A DNA stretch of 64,000 nt from Octopus vulgaris (Eukaryota): the NCBI GenBank assembly GCA_951406725.2, contig OX597816.1, positions 90,210,001-90,274,000 of the forward strand. Direction: 5' to 3'. Shown here piece by piece: positions 50,668-63,654 of the stretch; the first letter of the stretch is position 1, and each line of letters opens with the position of its first letter. The notes under the pieces were generated by a model. It was not told where the DNA came from, ran no database searches, and saw only the letters and a program-made list of their open reading frames with translations. A program made the position numbers and the translations under genes.

Positions 50668-51345
50668 CAGTATTTCCTCCTACCACTACACTTCATCTTC
50701 CCATCTTCTTTCTATTTTTACATTTATAGGAATGTGATAGTAATTTATTTTGGTCTCACAAGACAGTTCTTTCCTGGTGTTGCTCTATATTACATGTTTG
50801 TTACAGATAATTTATTGTTTTGCCTCTGCTGTTTGATTTACCCACATTTCAAGATGTCTGGAAAGAAGCCAAATGGAACTGAAGGTAGATGTGTGAACAG
50901 GAACCCAAAATAGACTACACTAGATATTAAACATACTATTTAAAAAAAACTTAATACAGGAGTAAAAATAAGCCTCACAACCAAAACATCAAAGCATACA
51001 ACATCCACTGTGGGAACAATATGTGACAACAGAGAGAAAATTAAGTCAACTGCCCAAGAGGCTATTTCATTAACTGCTCAGATTTTACTGTTTCTTAGAT
51101 CTGATGTGATATTTAGAAATGGAAAGGCTGTTGAGTGTATGGATTTCTTTTTTTACTCTTTTACTCATTTCAGTCATTTGACAGCGGCCATGCTGGAGCA
51201 CTGCCTTTAGTCGAAGAAATCGACGCCAGGACTTATTCTTTGTAAGCCTAGTACTTATTTTATCAGTTCTTTTGCCGAACTGCTAAGTGACAGAGACGTA
51301 AACACACCAGCATCGGTTGTCAAGCGATGTTGAGGGACAAACACA

Positions 51346-51386
<41 letters not shown>

Positions 51387-53246
51387 GACAGGCTTCTTTT
51401 AGTTTCCATCTACCAAATCCACTCACAAGGTTTTGGTCAGCCCGAAGCTATAGTAGAAGATGCCATGCACTGGGACTGAACCCGGAACCATGTGGTTGGT
51501 AGGCAAGCTACTTACCACACAGCCATTCCTGTGCCTGGAAAAAGTAGGTTTTCATGTACGCGTGGAACTCGAACCCAAACCTCTTTGTTTATGCGACCAA
51601 ATGTAATACTGATTACACCAACACACCAACCTGATAAAAGCTAAAAGTTTGTGTGATGATTTGCAGAAAAAGGAAAGTAAAACATCTCGTGAAAAACCTT
51701 TTCTGGCTAATAAAGACTGGTCTAAATGGTTTAAGAAGTGCTTGTATTTGTATAACATAAAAATAATTGATGGAACTGTCAGTACTGATACCTGTTATCT
51801 TGAGCAGCTGAGAAAAATATTTGCTAAAGATGGTTACACATTAGAGCCAGTATAGAATGTTGATGAAACTGCACCTTCCTGTAAGTCTTCTAAAATTTTT
51901 ATTTCTCAAGAAAGAAAATCAGCACTGGAATTTAAAGCTTCCAAAATCTTCTGGAACTTCTGGTAAGAAATAGTACTGGTGATATTAAATTAAACCCCTT
52001 GCTTGTGTATCATTCCAAAAGTCCAAGGTTCTTCAAGGGTTAAGCAAAATTTAAATCTAATTCTGATTTAACATTCAAATAAAAATGCATGGATGATTAA
52101 AACTTTTTTTGAAGAGTGTTTACAATAATTTTTGTCTTTTCTGTAGAAAGGTATGGTGTAAGACATATTTCCAACAAGAGTATTACTCATTTTAAGCAAT
52201 ATATCAAGTAATTTAGTGAACTTAAATGAGCTTTCTTGTAATACAAAAGTAAATATTCCTAAGAACCCTAGAATTGAAAAAAACTTTTGCCAATGGATTG
52301 AAGTGCAATAGCTAACTTCAGGGCATTTTATCTGAGAACTTTCAAACAACTTATGAAAGCAACTAGCAGGGAAAATAAATAAACTTTCAGTTAGGGAAGA
52401 AGTTCGACAGAATGGATACTGTAGTTAACATAGCTGAGTCATAGAATGAAGTGAAACTCTCAACTCTGAATGGTGATTGGAAAAAATATATGGCCAAACT
52501 GTATCTGTGACTTGACAAGTTTTCCATAAGCAGAAATCTGCATCAAATATGGAACATTTACAAATCGTGTAATATTTGAAGAAGTCTTGGAGGATAATGT
52601 GTTTGAGATACAAATGTTCTATACAGAAAGTTTTCTAACAAGAAGCTGATGCTGTTAGAATAAGAGCAAGCTGAGAATACAGAGGAAGGGTCTGCAAATT
52701 TTTACTGATAACAATTGTGACATAAAAATTACAACCTTAGCATAAAAATTACAAAAGGAGTTTACAATATTAATCTATACAAAGAGTTGATGTGCCATAA
52801 ACATCAAACAACTTTGGATAAGTTCTTCACCTCTTGAGAAGTTGTTGCTGATGCACTTTAATGACAGAAGATAGTGTCCCTTATCTTCCCAGTAACTCTC
52901 ATTCCAACCCCTCACATGGTAGTCAACATCTTTTGTGGTAAGAATGTACACTATTATAATATGATTCTTATTTATTCCTTGATGTATTTCTTGTCAAATT
53001 TTTTTATGTATAAATATTGTACTGTGTATGTTTAAAAATTGTTTTTTCTATGCATAAAAGTGGTTGTGTTGCTTGTTTAATTTTGTTTGTTTTAGTTCTT
53101 TTCTTTTTTTTTTCAAAAAAAAATTCCTTTGGAATGCATCTGACTATAACAAGAACAACAAATGGAAAATAATTTTGCACAACAGAATTTCGCATTATGG
53201 CAAGATTTTCAGGAACAGATTACTTCTGTAATATACAGGATTATTG
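50668..53246 (+). mobile_element. Tigger/pogo DNA transposon, near full-length but heavily decayed, interrupted by a SINE
   Basis: Fragments: TTLDIKH (HTH), STVGTICDNREKIK, MERLLSVW, FLANKDWSKWFKK, NVDET, GDIKLNPLLVYHSKSPR, PMD*SAIANFRAFYLR (DDE_1). Ends TA|CAGTAT and ATTATTG|TA are tentative. Confidence 0.8.
51150..51535 (-). mobile_element. SINE family A copy nested in Tigger
   Basis: Near-identical to 47425-47852. Confidence 0.9.
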
Positions 53247-53366
53247 TATTTACTAACCTTAAAAAGCACAAAGCAAATCTTCAAATTTCTTAGAAAATAA
53301 GTAGCATTCAAAAGCAACAGTCTAGTATCACTGAGTCAGCTGCTGATTAAGTTTCTAAAATGTGCA

Positions 53367-53755
53367 GCATGACTGTGTGGTTAAGAAGTTTATCTCCCAA
53401 CCACATGGTTTCAAGATCTGTCCCACTGTTTGGCATCTTGTGCAAATGCCTTCTACTACTGTTCTGGGCCAACCAAAGCCTAATTAATAGATTTGGTTGA
53501 TGGAAGCTAAAAGAAGCCATTCATAAATATGTGTGTGCATGTGCTTTCTTCTCTTAATATCATGTGGTAGTAAATAAGTGTCTCCATAATACAAATGATG
53601 TCATTTATTTCCAATCTTCTTGGGGAAATATTGCCATGCTTGGAAACTACTAAGAGCTGGCTAGAGGAAGGGCATCTAGCTGCAGAAAATCTACCTCAGT
53701 GACTTCCTTCTAAGACTTGCAAGTATGGAAAAGACAATAATAAAATGATGATGAC
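53367..53755 (+). mobile_element. SINE with family A head and RTE-like tail, degenerate
   Basis: GCATGACTGTGTGGTTAAGAAG head; GGAAGGGCATCTAGCTG...GCAAGTATGGAAAA...(GAT)n tail; similar copy at 8725-9010. Confidence 0.6.
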
Positions 53756-54562
53756 AGTGGCGATTTATCAAGTTTAGTTCATTTTAAGGGACTGGAAAAT
53801 TCCTGAAGTGTGCCAATAATGTAAACTAAATAATCTGGATTTGGAAATGCTGCAATAGATTGATTTAGGTAACTTTGAGAATAGACTGTCTTTATAACAT
53901 TATAGACACTTGGGTTATTCAAAAATGCTTTTCAATTAAAACTATTTTGAGATGCAACTAATTGATTTACAAAGCAGCTCAAACTGGATGCAAAAATATC
54001 TCTATACCTGAGAGCTGAATAAGCAAACATTGAAAGCAATCCCTGTTAGTGACAGGAATAGCATGGGAAATAAAGATTTGAAACTCTAGAATCCCATTCC
54101 TGTAACTTTGTCTGTTTCAAAAACTTCGCAGTGGCAATATTAACAAGTATTTTCACTAACATACACATGTGTATCTTTGTTTCCAGTGACAAACTTTGTC
54201 AAGTCTAAATATAGTCTTAGTAACGAAACCAGTGCTGCAAGCTCTCAAAACAATCAAATACAAGTGTAATATAAAGTATCTGTTACCAGTTGCATAGCAG
54301 CAAAAGTCTCACAGAAAATGTTCATTTTCCCATTCTTTGCTAGTTTTTAAAAATATTCATATCCCTTGTTTCTTATTATTAATGTGTATTATAATTTGTA
54401 AATAATACTCTTTTTCTGTTGTCATGTTTAAAAACATTGATATTATTTTCTGTCTTGCTTATTAAAGTACATATCTATTTATAAGTTATTCTTCAAGAGT
54501 CTTTTTAATGCCATTGACACTAATTGCTTAAACATGCTTCCTAAAATACTCTCCTTCCTTTT

Positions 54563-54822
54563 AATTTCTCAGTGGTATTTTTGTTAAACAATAAACATCA
54601 AAATTTCTTTTTCCTGGAAAAAAGGCTTGTTTTTGTTATTTATTCATTTATTTTACTTTTTGAGTCACTTATCATCATCATCATCATCTTAATATAAATA
54701 AATTTCTCAGTGGTATTTTTGTTAGATAATAAACATCAAAACTTCTTTTTCCTGGAAAAAAGGCTTGTTTTTGTTATTTATTCATTTATTTTACTTTTTG
54801 GGAGTCACTTAATATAAATAAA
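54563..54822. repeat. Tandem duplication of ~120 bp; first copy carries an (ATC)6 insert
   Basis: AATTTCTCAGTGGTATTTTTGTTA at 54563 and 54701. Confidence 0.9.
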
Positions 54823-55309
54823 ACATACATTCCTAAAACTGTCCCATTCAAATAATTCACGATTTAATACTTGTCTAAACAGGCTTCTTTAAGAATGATT
54901 TCCAGAATTTTGTTCTATTTTGCCATAAAAATAAATAGATAAGAGTCTAGGTCAGACTCTTATCTATTCACCCTAATGAATGAGGCTCTGGATTTTACCA
55001 ATGTTTATTTGCTTCCATTACTGGCAGCAAATTTTTGATGAACTACATCTACAAATATTACGAAATAACTCTGAGCCCTCAGAAACAGCCGTCAGACTTA
55101 TAATACTTTCACCCCTCTAATTCTTTGAGTCTATGTAATCTGAATAAGTTTGACTATTAAATGTATATATATATATATATATATATATAAATATTTATAC
55201 TTGATTGTTAATGATCTGAAAATTTTGAATCTACCTTCTCTTTTTACATGTATATATATTTTGTACATTAAAACCCACGCTTGTATCTGTTTATTTGAAT
55301 CAGTCTCTG

Positions 55310-55385
<76 letters not shown>

Positions 55386-55391
55386 ATATAT

Positions 55392-55632
55392 ATTTCTTTA
55401 TTGCCCACAAGGGTCTAAACATAGAGGGGACAAACAAGGACTAAATAATTAAAAGCAAGGGGATTAAGTCGATTACATCAACCCCAGTGCGTAACTGGTA
55501 CTCTGGTACTTATTTAATTGACCCTGAAAGGATGAAAGGCAAAGCCGACTTCAGCAGAGTTTGAACTCAGAACGTAACAGCAGACGAAATACCGCAAAGC
55601 ATTTTGCCTGGCGTGCTAAGAACTCGTCACCC
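55392..55632 (-). mobile_element. SINE family B copy
   Basis: TTTCTTTATTGCCCACAAGG...GAAAGGATGAAAGGCAAAG...TTTGAACTCAGAACG. Confidence 0.88.
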
Positions 55633-56065
55633 TCATATATATATACACCCATGAGTGAGTGTGTGTGCATGCATACACATTTTTGTTTTTGTATTTGTCC
55701 CTTCTCTACTTGGTTTGCTTACTTTCCCATAACAGCAATAAGATACCGATAGAATTAGTACTAGAGTCGATTTGCTTGACTAAATAATTAAAAGCAATGT
55801 TTCCACACAGCCTTTGCCCAATGACTGAAACAAATAAAAGAATAGAATAATTACATGAATGCGTAATGAAGAAGTTGTCTTTGCAAGTACATGGTCTTAG
55901 GTTTGGTCCTCATGTGCAGCACAGCGAGAAAGTGTCTTCTAGCAGAGCATCAAATCAATGAAAGCCTTGTGGGTGAAATTTGGCAAACAGAAACTACATA
56001 GATGTCTATCAGAGGGACTTTACTGCTTTTGAGTAGTATACTTAATGTATCGTTGAGTTTAACTG

Positions 56066-56400
56066 TTTCTTTATTACCCACAGGGGGCTAAACATAGAGG
56101 GGACAAATAAGGACAGACAAATGGATTAAGTCGATTACATCGACCCCAGTGCATAACTGGTACTTAATTTATCGACCCCGAAAGGATGAAAGGCAAAGTC
56201 TACCTCGGCGGAATTTGAACTCAGAACGTTACGGCAGACGAAATACGGCTACGCATTTCGCGCGGAGTGATAATGATTCTGCCAGTTCACTGCCCTCGCT
56301 TAAAATCGACCTTGGCAGAATTTGAACTCAGAACGTAAAGATGGAGTAAATGTCGCTAAGTATTTTGCCCCGCATGCTAACGATTCTACCAGCTCACCAC
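56066..56400 (-). mobile_element. SINE family B full copy plus a second partial head
   Basis: Same consensus as 63186-63418; extra TCGACCTTGGCAGAATTTGAACTCAG...CCAGCTCACCACC segment. Confidence 0.88.
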
Positions 56401-56782
56401 CTTAGTATTGTTGAGGTTAACACACACTTCTGGTTCATGGATATATTTAATGGAGTCAATACTGTTACAGATATTGATTGGATCAAGTCTCCTGCAGAGG
56501 ATAGCTTTGTAGCAACTGCTGTTTACTCTTCTCGATAATCACACAAGTGGAACCTGTTGGTCAACTTAATTTGCTGTTAAGTTAGCTGGAGATACCATCA
56601 CATAGTGTCAAGATGTTCCCCACTAAATGCTTTGTATCATGTATCTTGAATAAATCAGTAGCCGACTGGACTTGGAATAGGAATGACATTGTGAACAAAC
56701 TCTCTTTGATGTTGAATGGATTATCACAACTCACACTATGGTCAGAACAAACTTATTTTTCAGTCAATGTACACACTTATAA

Positions 56783-57677
56783 GGTGGTGGGCTGGCAGAA
56801 ACATTAGCATGCCGGGAAAAATGCTTAATGGTATTTTGTCGGAGAGCTGGCAGAAACGTTAGCACGTCGGGCGAAATGCTTAGCGGTATTTCGTCTGCTG
56901 TTACGTTGTGAGTTCAAATTCCGCCGAGGTTGACTTTACCTTTCATCCTTTCGGGGTCGATAAATTAAGTACCAGTTACACACTGGGGTCGATGTAATCG
57001 ACTTAATACCTATGTCTGTCCTTGTTTGTCCCCTCTATGTTTAGCCCCTTGTGGGTAATAAAGAAATAGGTATTTTGTCTGTCTTAATGCTTAATGATAT
57101 TTCATTAGTGCGGCGAGCTGGCAGAATCAGTAGCATGCCGGGTAAAATGTCTAACGGTATTTTGTCTGCCGCTACATTCTGAGTTCAAATTCCGCCGAGG
57201 TCGACTTCGCCTTTCATCCTTTTGGGGTCGATAAATTAAGCACCAGTTATGCACTGGGGTCGATGTAATCGACTTAATCCATTTGTCTGTCCTTGTTTGT
57301 ACCCCATCTGTGTTTAGCCCCTTGTGGGTAGTAAAGAAATAGGTATTTCATCTGCCGCTACGTTCTGAGTTCAAATTCCGCCGAGGTCGACTTTGCCTTT
57401 CATCATTTCGGGGTCGATGAATTAAGTACCAGTTATGCACTGGGGTCGATATAATCAACTTAATCCGTTTGTCTCTCCTCTCTGTGTTTAGGCCCTTGTG
57501 GGTAGTAAAGAAATAGGTATTTCGTCTGCCGCTACATTTTGAGTTCAAATTCCGAGGTCAACTTTGCCTTTCATCTTTTCGGGGGTTGATAAATTAAGTA
57601 CCAGTTGTGTACTGGGGTTGATTTAATCAACTGGCCCCTCCCTCAAAATTTCGGGCCTTGTGCCTAGAGAAGAAAAT
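56783..57677 (+). mobile_element. Nested/tandem array of SINE family B (tRNA head; core resembles Nin/Deu-type domain) inside one 17-bp TSD
   Basis: GAGCTGGCAGAA A-box, GAGTTCAAATTCC B-box, core GACTTTGCCTTTCATCCTTTCGGGGTCGATAAATTAAGTACCAG x4; AATGTACACACTTATAA at 56766-56782 and 57678-57694. Confidence 0.9.
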
Positions 57678-57807
57678 AATGTACACACTTATAATTCTTT
57701 TTTAGTCTTACATGCAATATTTTGCTTAGTCATTGTGTCTGTACAATTTCTCTAGTGAACTACATTTTATAAATTTTTTTCCTAGCCATTATTTCTGTTT
57801 TTATCTA

Positions 57808-58142
57808 TTACTTGTTTCAGTCATTGGACTGTAATAATTGACCCCCATTACATATTTTTTAACTTTGATATTTATTCTATCAGTTTCTTTTGCCAAACCA
57901 CTAAGTTACAAGGGCATAAACTAATCAACACTAAGTCAGGTGGTGGGAGGACAGACATAAACACAAAGACAAACATATATGTATGTATGTATGTATATAA
58001 ATACAATGGCCTTCTTTCAGTTTCTGTCTACCAAATCTGCTCTCATGGATTTGGTTAGTGCAGAAATAAAGTAGACACTTGTCCAAAGTGCCACACAGTG
58101 GGACTAAGTCCAAAACCATGTGGTTGGGAAGCAAACTTCTTA
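57808..58142 (-). mobile_element. SINE family A copy, degenerate
   Basis: ACTTGTTTCAGTCATT tail; GTGCCACACAGTGGGACT...CCATGTGGTTGGGAAGC head. Confidence 0.8.
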
Positions 58143-58959
58143 CAGAATTAAATTGTTAGAAGAAATATTCTTCTTTTTTCATCTTGCTATATAATATATA
58201 TTGTCTGATGCAGGTATTTTAGGCTTGACTAAACACACAGGCTTTTTTTACATTATCATAATGTAGTCGGTGAAACTCCTATTTCTTGTCTCACATCATG
58301 TAGAGGACTTCAATCTCCAATCCTGTTGCTTCCTCAGAAATTATGTTGTAAAACCAACATTAATAACAAAGTCGTTTTTTGGCTTCCTGCCTTTCACTTA
58401 CCAGTGTCAGAGACCCTGTAAAGCATCTTTAGTGTTGCTCTTTTTCTTCTGACTCAGCATAAAAAATATTCTTTTTTATATACAATGTTAGTAAATTTGC
58501 TTGTATATATTCTTAAGGACTTCATATAGGACATTCCCATGCAAGTAAATAGACTGACCAGAAGACCAGTAAAAGTTACAAAATTACCAGTGGCTCTTTC
58601 AGTTCAGTAAAAGGCTACAACCATTGCATTCACCTGATCTCAATAGTCTAATAGTTCATATACAAAGAAAATTTTCATGTTTATATTCTTCTCATTACAT
58701 GTTACTAATATCTCACCAAATTTAGCTAGTATTCCTTCTCAGTTGCAAGTTTTACATAAAAAATTTAAAAAATGTTGGTTCTTCAGAGATTATTTATTAG
58801 GTGATTGTGATCTTGTATGCAAGTTTTTCTTTTTTTCCTATCAAACCTTCATATTCATTGAGCTTGCACATTTTATGGTTGAAAGTAAGTTATTTCATTT
58901 TTTGTGTGCAAATTGTTGCCTTGCTATTATGACAAAAGCTAAATTTTTTTTTTATTGCT

Positions 58960-59055
58960 GTCACTGAAACCTATAAAACCTTCATACAATTGCCGTCACT
59001 GGAACCTATAAAACCTTCGTACGGTTGCTGTAACTGGAACCTATAAAACCTACAT
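58960..59055. repeat. 36-bp minisatellite, ~2.6 copies
   Basis: GTCACTG(A/G)AACCTATAAAACCT at ~58960, 58995 and 59029. Confidence 0.85.
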
Positions 59056-61020
59056 ACACAATAGTAATATAGAAAAGATACAAACTGTTAACTGTTTGAC
59101 AGTTCTCAATCATCTGTGATACTCAAACTCAGTAGAAACTGGCTTTTTATAATGCAGGTATAATGGCTTGATATATGAATGTGTCACTTTAATGAGTTTA
59201 ACCTGTTGAGGTGGAATGGAATGACTTCACCAATGTTGCAGATTCGCTGGTATGTTGTTATTGGTTTCTGTTTCAGCTGTGTGTTATTTCATAATGAACA
59301 GATGTGAATATAATTGAATATATTTATTGAACATATTTATATAAATTTCTGATGATTACTGGTAGACTATAATCAAGCTTCAGTGTAACAAATATACATA
59401 GTAATGATTAACAAGGTTTGAGATGCAGCAAGGCACTGATCTGAGATTATGAAGAATTCCTTTCATTTCTAGCTCGATTCAGCAATGGAAAACTTGACAT
59501 TGTTTGGCAATAGGGAAGGATATGTGTTCTCTGAAGCTTTCTCAGTTCAGTAAAAGGTTACATCTATTGCATTTACCTAATCTCAAAGATTTCAATATTC
59601 CAATAGTTCAAATACAAAGAAAATTTTCAAGTTTATATTCTTCTCATTACATGTTACTAATATCTCACCAAGTTTAGCTAATATTCCTTTCTGCTGTTGT
59701 CCTTGGTAGGCTTTTGCCTTATTAGTAAGAAAAGCACAGGAAAAGGTCATGGAATATTTGATTAAGTTTATGCTATGGCATATTACTACTGCAAGCTGAT
59801 TAGTTGATAATCAGGACAGATCACATGACATGCGAGTTCTATGCATAGTACAGACCTGGCAACTGAAAAATATGAGTTTCAATTCTAGGTCTCACCACAA
59901 ACCCTTCACACATTAACTTATGAGTGGCTATGACTGGGTAGCCACTGAAAGGAATTCTAGTCATAAACATTCCATCTTAATTTCAGACATAGTGTATCTA
60001 TGTCTACAAGATATATATCTTTCCTTTAAGATTCAAGGGAGATTTTGTTGAGTGTGTAACCATATAGAGGTTCTTTTATTGACTTGTGTGATAGCAAGTA
60101 CACTGTTACTGTATAAAGTGTGATGTAATTAAACCTTGAGCGACTCAAATATTATAGTATGAATTGAACAGAGCTGTCATTGTAAGGCAGTATTACAGTC
60201 AGACAGCTAGCTTTCATTTCAAGAGATGAGAAATGAATGTAATATCAATAGAAAGTCAAAGGAGGAACAAGTTAGACATGATTGGAAACTTTGCTATCTT
60301 TACATTATTGCTATTACAATAAGTTAGCAAGTTTCTTGAAGATATGGCTCTATGAAAGCCATACTAATTGTCAGACTTCTCAGTTTCCTGTATGTCATCA
60401 TTCTTAAGACATTTAGACTATATAACAAAAAATATGGGGTTCCTGGGTATTCTCAAGAAATAAATTCTAATTTATAATTTAAAAATTTTTTTCTATGATT
60501 TAGAATTTTGAATATTAGAAAGCAAAAATGATTAACAAAAATTTATTCTGTTAAAAAAATAATTAATGTAAAGTTGTTTAGAAAACTAACAATCTCCAGA
60601 AAAAGAAAATTTCTTTTTTAAATATTGAAAAAATAATTTCAATCATGTTGCAAATATAGTTTTAAATCCATGTGTTGCATGTTGTCATTTCAAAATGATT
60701 ACATTTTTCTAACAAAGAGCCCTACCACAGATAAGGCTCTTTCTGCTTTGATGGAATTTGAAAGAATATAACAAAGAGCAAAGTTCAATGTCTAGTAATT
60801 TCAAAATATTTTTTGAATTAGAAGATGACAGAATGTACTACTGATTGCTTTCAAGAGATTTGTTAATGGAAATATTTAATCTCTGTTGATGGCATGGATG
60901 CCTCAGTTATGGGTTTGAATTTAGAACTGAAAAAAAAAATGGATTTTGATGACAAAAATAGAAATGAATAAAGAGCATCCAAAAATTAAAAATAGGATTA
61001 TTTATATACATCATCTATTA

Positions 61021-61600
61021 GGTGTAGCTGTGTGGTAAGAAGTTTGCTTCCCAATCACATGATTCCAGGTTCAGTCCCATGGCATGGTACCTTGAACAAG
61101 GGTCTTCTACTATAACCCTGGGCTGACCAAAGCCTTGTGAGTGGATTTGGTAGAGCAGTGCTTTTCAAACTTATTGCTGGAGCGGAACCCCAAGGAAACA
61201 TTCCACTGGCTCGAGGATCCCCTGTGCAATAATTTAATAGTCTTATGCACACATATTTGCACAGGAGACTTAAAAATTACTGCCGATTTTAGCAGTTTTG
61301 TAACTTCTTGCGGAACCCCTGGACTGTGCTGGTGGAACCCTGGTTGAAAATCACTGTGGTAGAGAGAAATTGAATATATATATATTTATATATATATATA
61401 TAAAGTATTATGTTTGTTTGTGCCTGTCCCCCACTGCTGTGGGGCAACTGGCATTTGTTTATATCCTTGTAATTTAGTGGGTCAGTGTAAGAGAATAATA
61501 GAACTAATACTGGGTTTTAAAAAAAATAAGTACTGGGCTCAATTTGTTCAAAGACCCTTTAATATAGTGCCCCAGTATGGCCACAATTCAATGACTGAAA
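61021..61600 (+). mobile_element. SINE family A copy interrupted by a hAT MITE
   Basis: Head GCTGTGTGGTAAGAAG...GGTTCAGTCCC; tail CCCCAGTATGGCCACA...ATGACTGAAA. Confidence 0.8.
61156..61356. mobile_element. hAT (Charlie-like) MITE, 201 bp
   Basis: TIR CAGTGCTTTTCAA / TTGAAAATCACTG (12/13); 8-bp TSD TGGTAGAG at 61148-61155 and 61357-61364; subterminal GGAACCC motifs. Confidence 0.92.
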
Positions 61601-62473
61601 TAGATGTGTTGTTTTACTCAAAAAGCAGATCTAATCCAAATACTTGCAAAAACAAACAAACAAACAAAACAACCGAGTCCACTAAGTGTATTGAAGGACC
61701 AGGTTGGGATGGGATGTTAAGTAAGCCATAGTAGTATTTGGACTCAGAATATTAAGAGCAAATACCATAATGCTCCTACCAGACTACCACCCCAGATTAC
61801 TATTTTATTGATCCCTGAAAGATGAAAGCCCAAGTTGACATTGGTGGGATCTAAATTCAAAATTGAAGGAGATGAAAAATCTTACGTTGCTCTCTTAGAC
61901 ATTGTTGAATGTGATAGTATTTCTATTTTTTGAATAGTGTTTGAAGAGAAAAGATAAATAGAGAAAATATTTCAGTTCCAAAATGTTGCTGACTTTCAAG
62001 CGAATAGTGCTCAATAGAACACTGCTTCCACATCTGGGACAGAGTTGTAGCTGCTGCACAATTTATCCAAAACTGATTAGCAAAGAGTCACTCATCAATG
62101 AACTAGGACCTGTTTTCTCACACTACCTTATCAACTCCATCTCCATGCTACAATAGTTTAGCTCCTCTGAGCTGACTGGTTGGTGCTATCTCCACCCAAT
62201 GCACTTTACTTCCCTTCACTTACCACTTATACTTCCACTTCCACCCCCATCTGTCTGTCTGGTCTTGTACTAGCCTTCTACCAGAAGGTGTCAATCCTCT
62301 ACAATTTCTTCTCAGATCATATTTTCTTCTCTTTTGCAGTTGTTGACTGGTAATTAATTTCAGTCTCAGAGAGACTGTGAAGGTCATGAATGCAACTCAT
62401 TCCTCCTGACTAAACTATTAAAAGTATCCTAATAACATCTTAGTTTTTTTTAACAATTTGCTTGCTCACTTTC

Positions 62474-62845
62474 ATTTGTTTCAGTCATTTGACTGTGGCC
62501 ATGCTGGAGCACTGCCTTTAGTCGAGCAAATTGACCCCAGGACTTATTCTTTGTAAGCCTAGTACTTATTCTATTGGTCTCTTTTGCTGAACCGCTAAGT
62601 TACAGGGACGTACACACACCAGCATCGGTTGTCAGGCAATGTTGGGGGGACAAACACAGACACACACATATATATACATATATACGACGAGCTTCTTTCA
62701 GTTTCCATCTACCAAATCCACTCACAAAGCTTTGGTTGGCCCGAGTCTATAGTAGAAGACACTTACCCAAGGTGGCACGCAGTGGGACCGAACCTGGAAC
62801 CATGTGGTTGGTAAGTAAGCTACTTATCACACAGCCACTCCTGAG
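62474..62845 (-). mobile_element. SINE family A, full-length copy
   Basis: Near-identical to 47425-47852. Confidence 0.9.
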
Positions 62846-63004
62846 CCATTCCCTGCTGATCAAAATAAATAAACAGAAAGAAAAACCCCTTTATTACAGG
62901 ATCTAATTTCTCTGTATCAGTCTAAATTGTCTTGTATTAGATTAAAAAATTTATCCTTTCATAAAGTCTATTAGCTTTAATTTCTTTCATTACTTCTATA
63001 TATA

Positions 63005-63608
63005 AGGTGCAGACATGGCTGTGTGGTAAGAAGTTTGCTTCCCAACCACATGGTACCTTATGCAAGTGTCTTCAAGTAGAGCCTTGGACCATTCAAAGGC
63101 TTTGAGTGGATTTGGTGGATAGAAACTGAAAGAAGCCTGACGTGTTTCTATATCTGTGTGTGTGTGTGTGTGTGTGTGCATTCCTATATCTTTACTACCC
63201 ACAAGGGGCTAAATACAGAGGGGACAAACAAAGACAGACAAACGAATTAATTCGATTATATCGAACCCCAGTGCGTAACTGGTACTTAATTTATCGACCC
63301 CGAAAGGATGAAAGGCAAAGTCGACCTCGGCGGAATTTGAACTCAGAACGTAACGGCAGACGAAATATGGCTACGCATTTCGCTCGGCGTGCTAACGTTT
63401 CTGCTAGCTCGCCGCCTTCATGTGTGTGTGCATTCCTGCTTGTCCTCCACCGCTGCTTGACAACTGGTGTTGGTGTGTTTACATTCTAATTTAGCTGTTC
63501 AGCAAAAACACAGATAAAAGTACTGGGCTTAAAAAGAAAGTAAGCAGTGGGGTCAATTCATTTGATTAAAATTCTTCAAGGCCTAATGACTGAAACAAAA
63601 GATAAAAG
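63005..63608 (+). mobile_element. SINE family A copy containing a nested family B SINE
   Basis: Head at 63005-63140, tail at 63440-63608. Confidence 0.8.
63186..63420 (-). mobile_element. SINE family B, full length, with 17-bp TSD
   Basis: TGTGTGTGTGCATTCCT at 63169-63185 and 63421-63437. Confidence 0.9.
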
Positions 63609-63654
63609 ATCATATTTGCTCCACTCCCAGCTGAAGGGCTTTTTGTCTTGCAAA

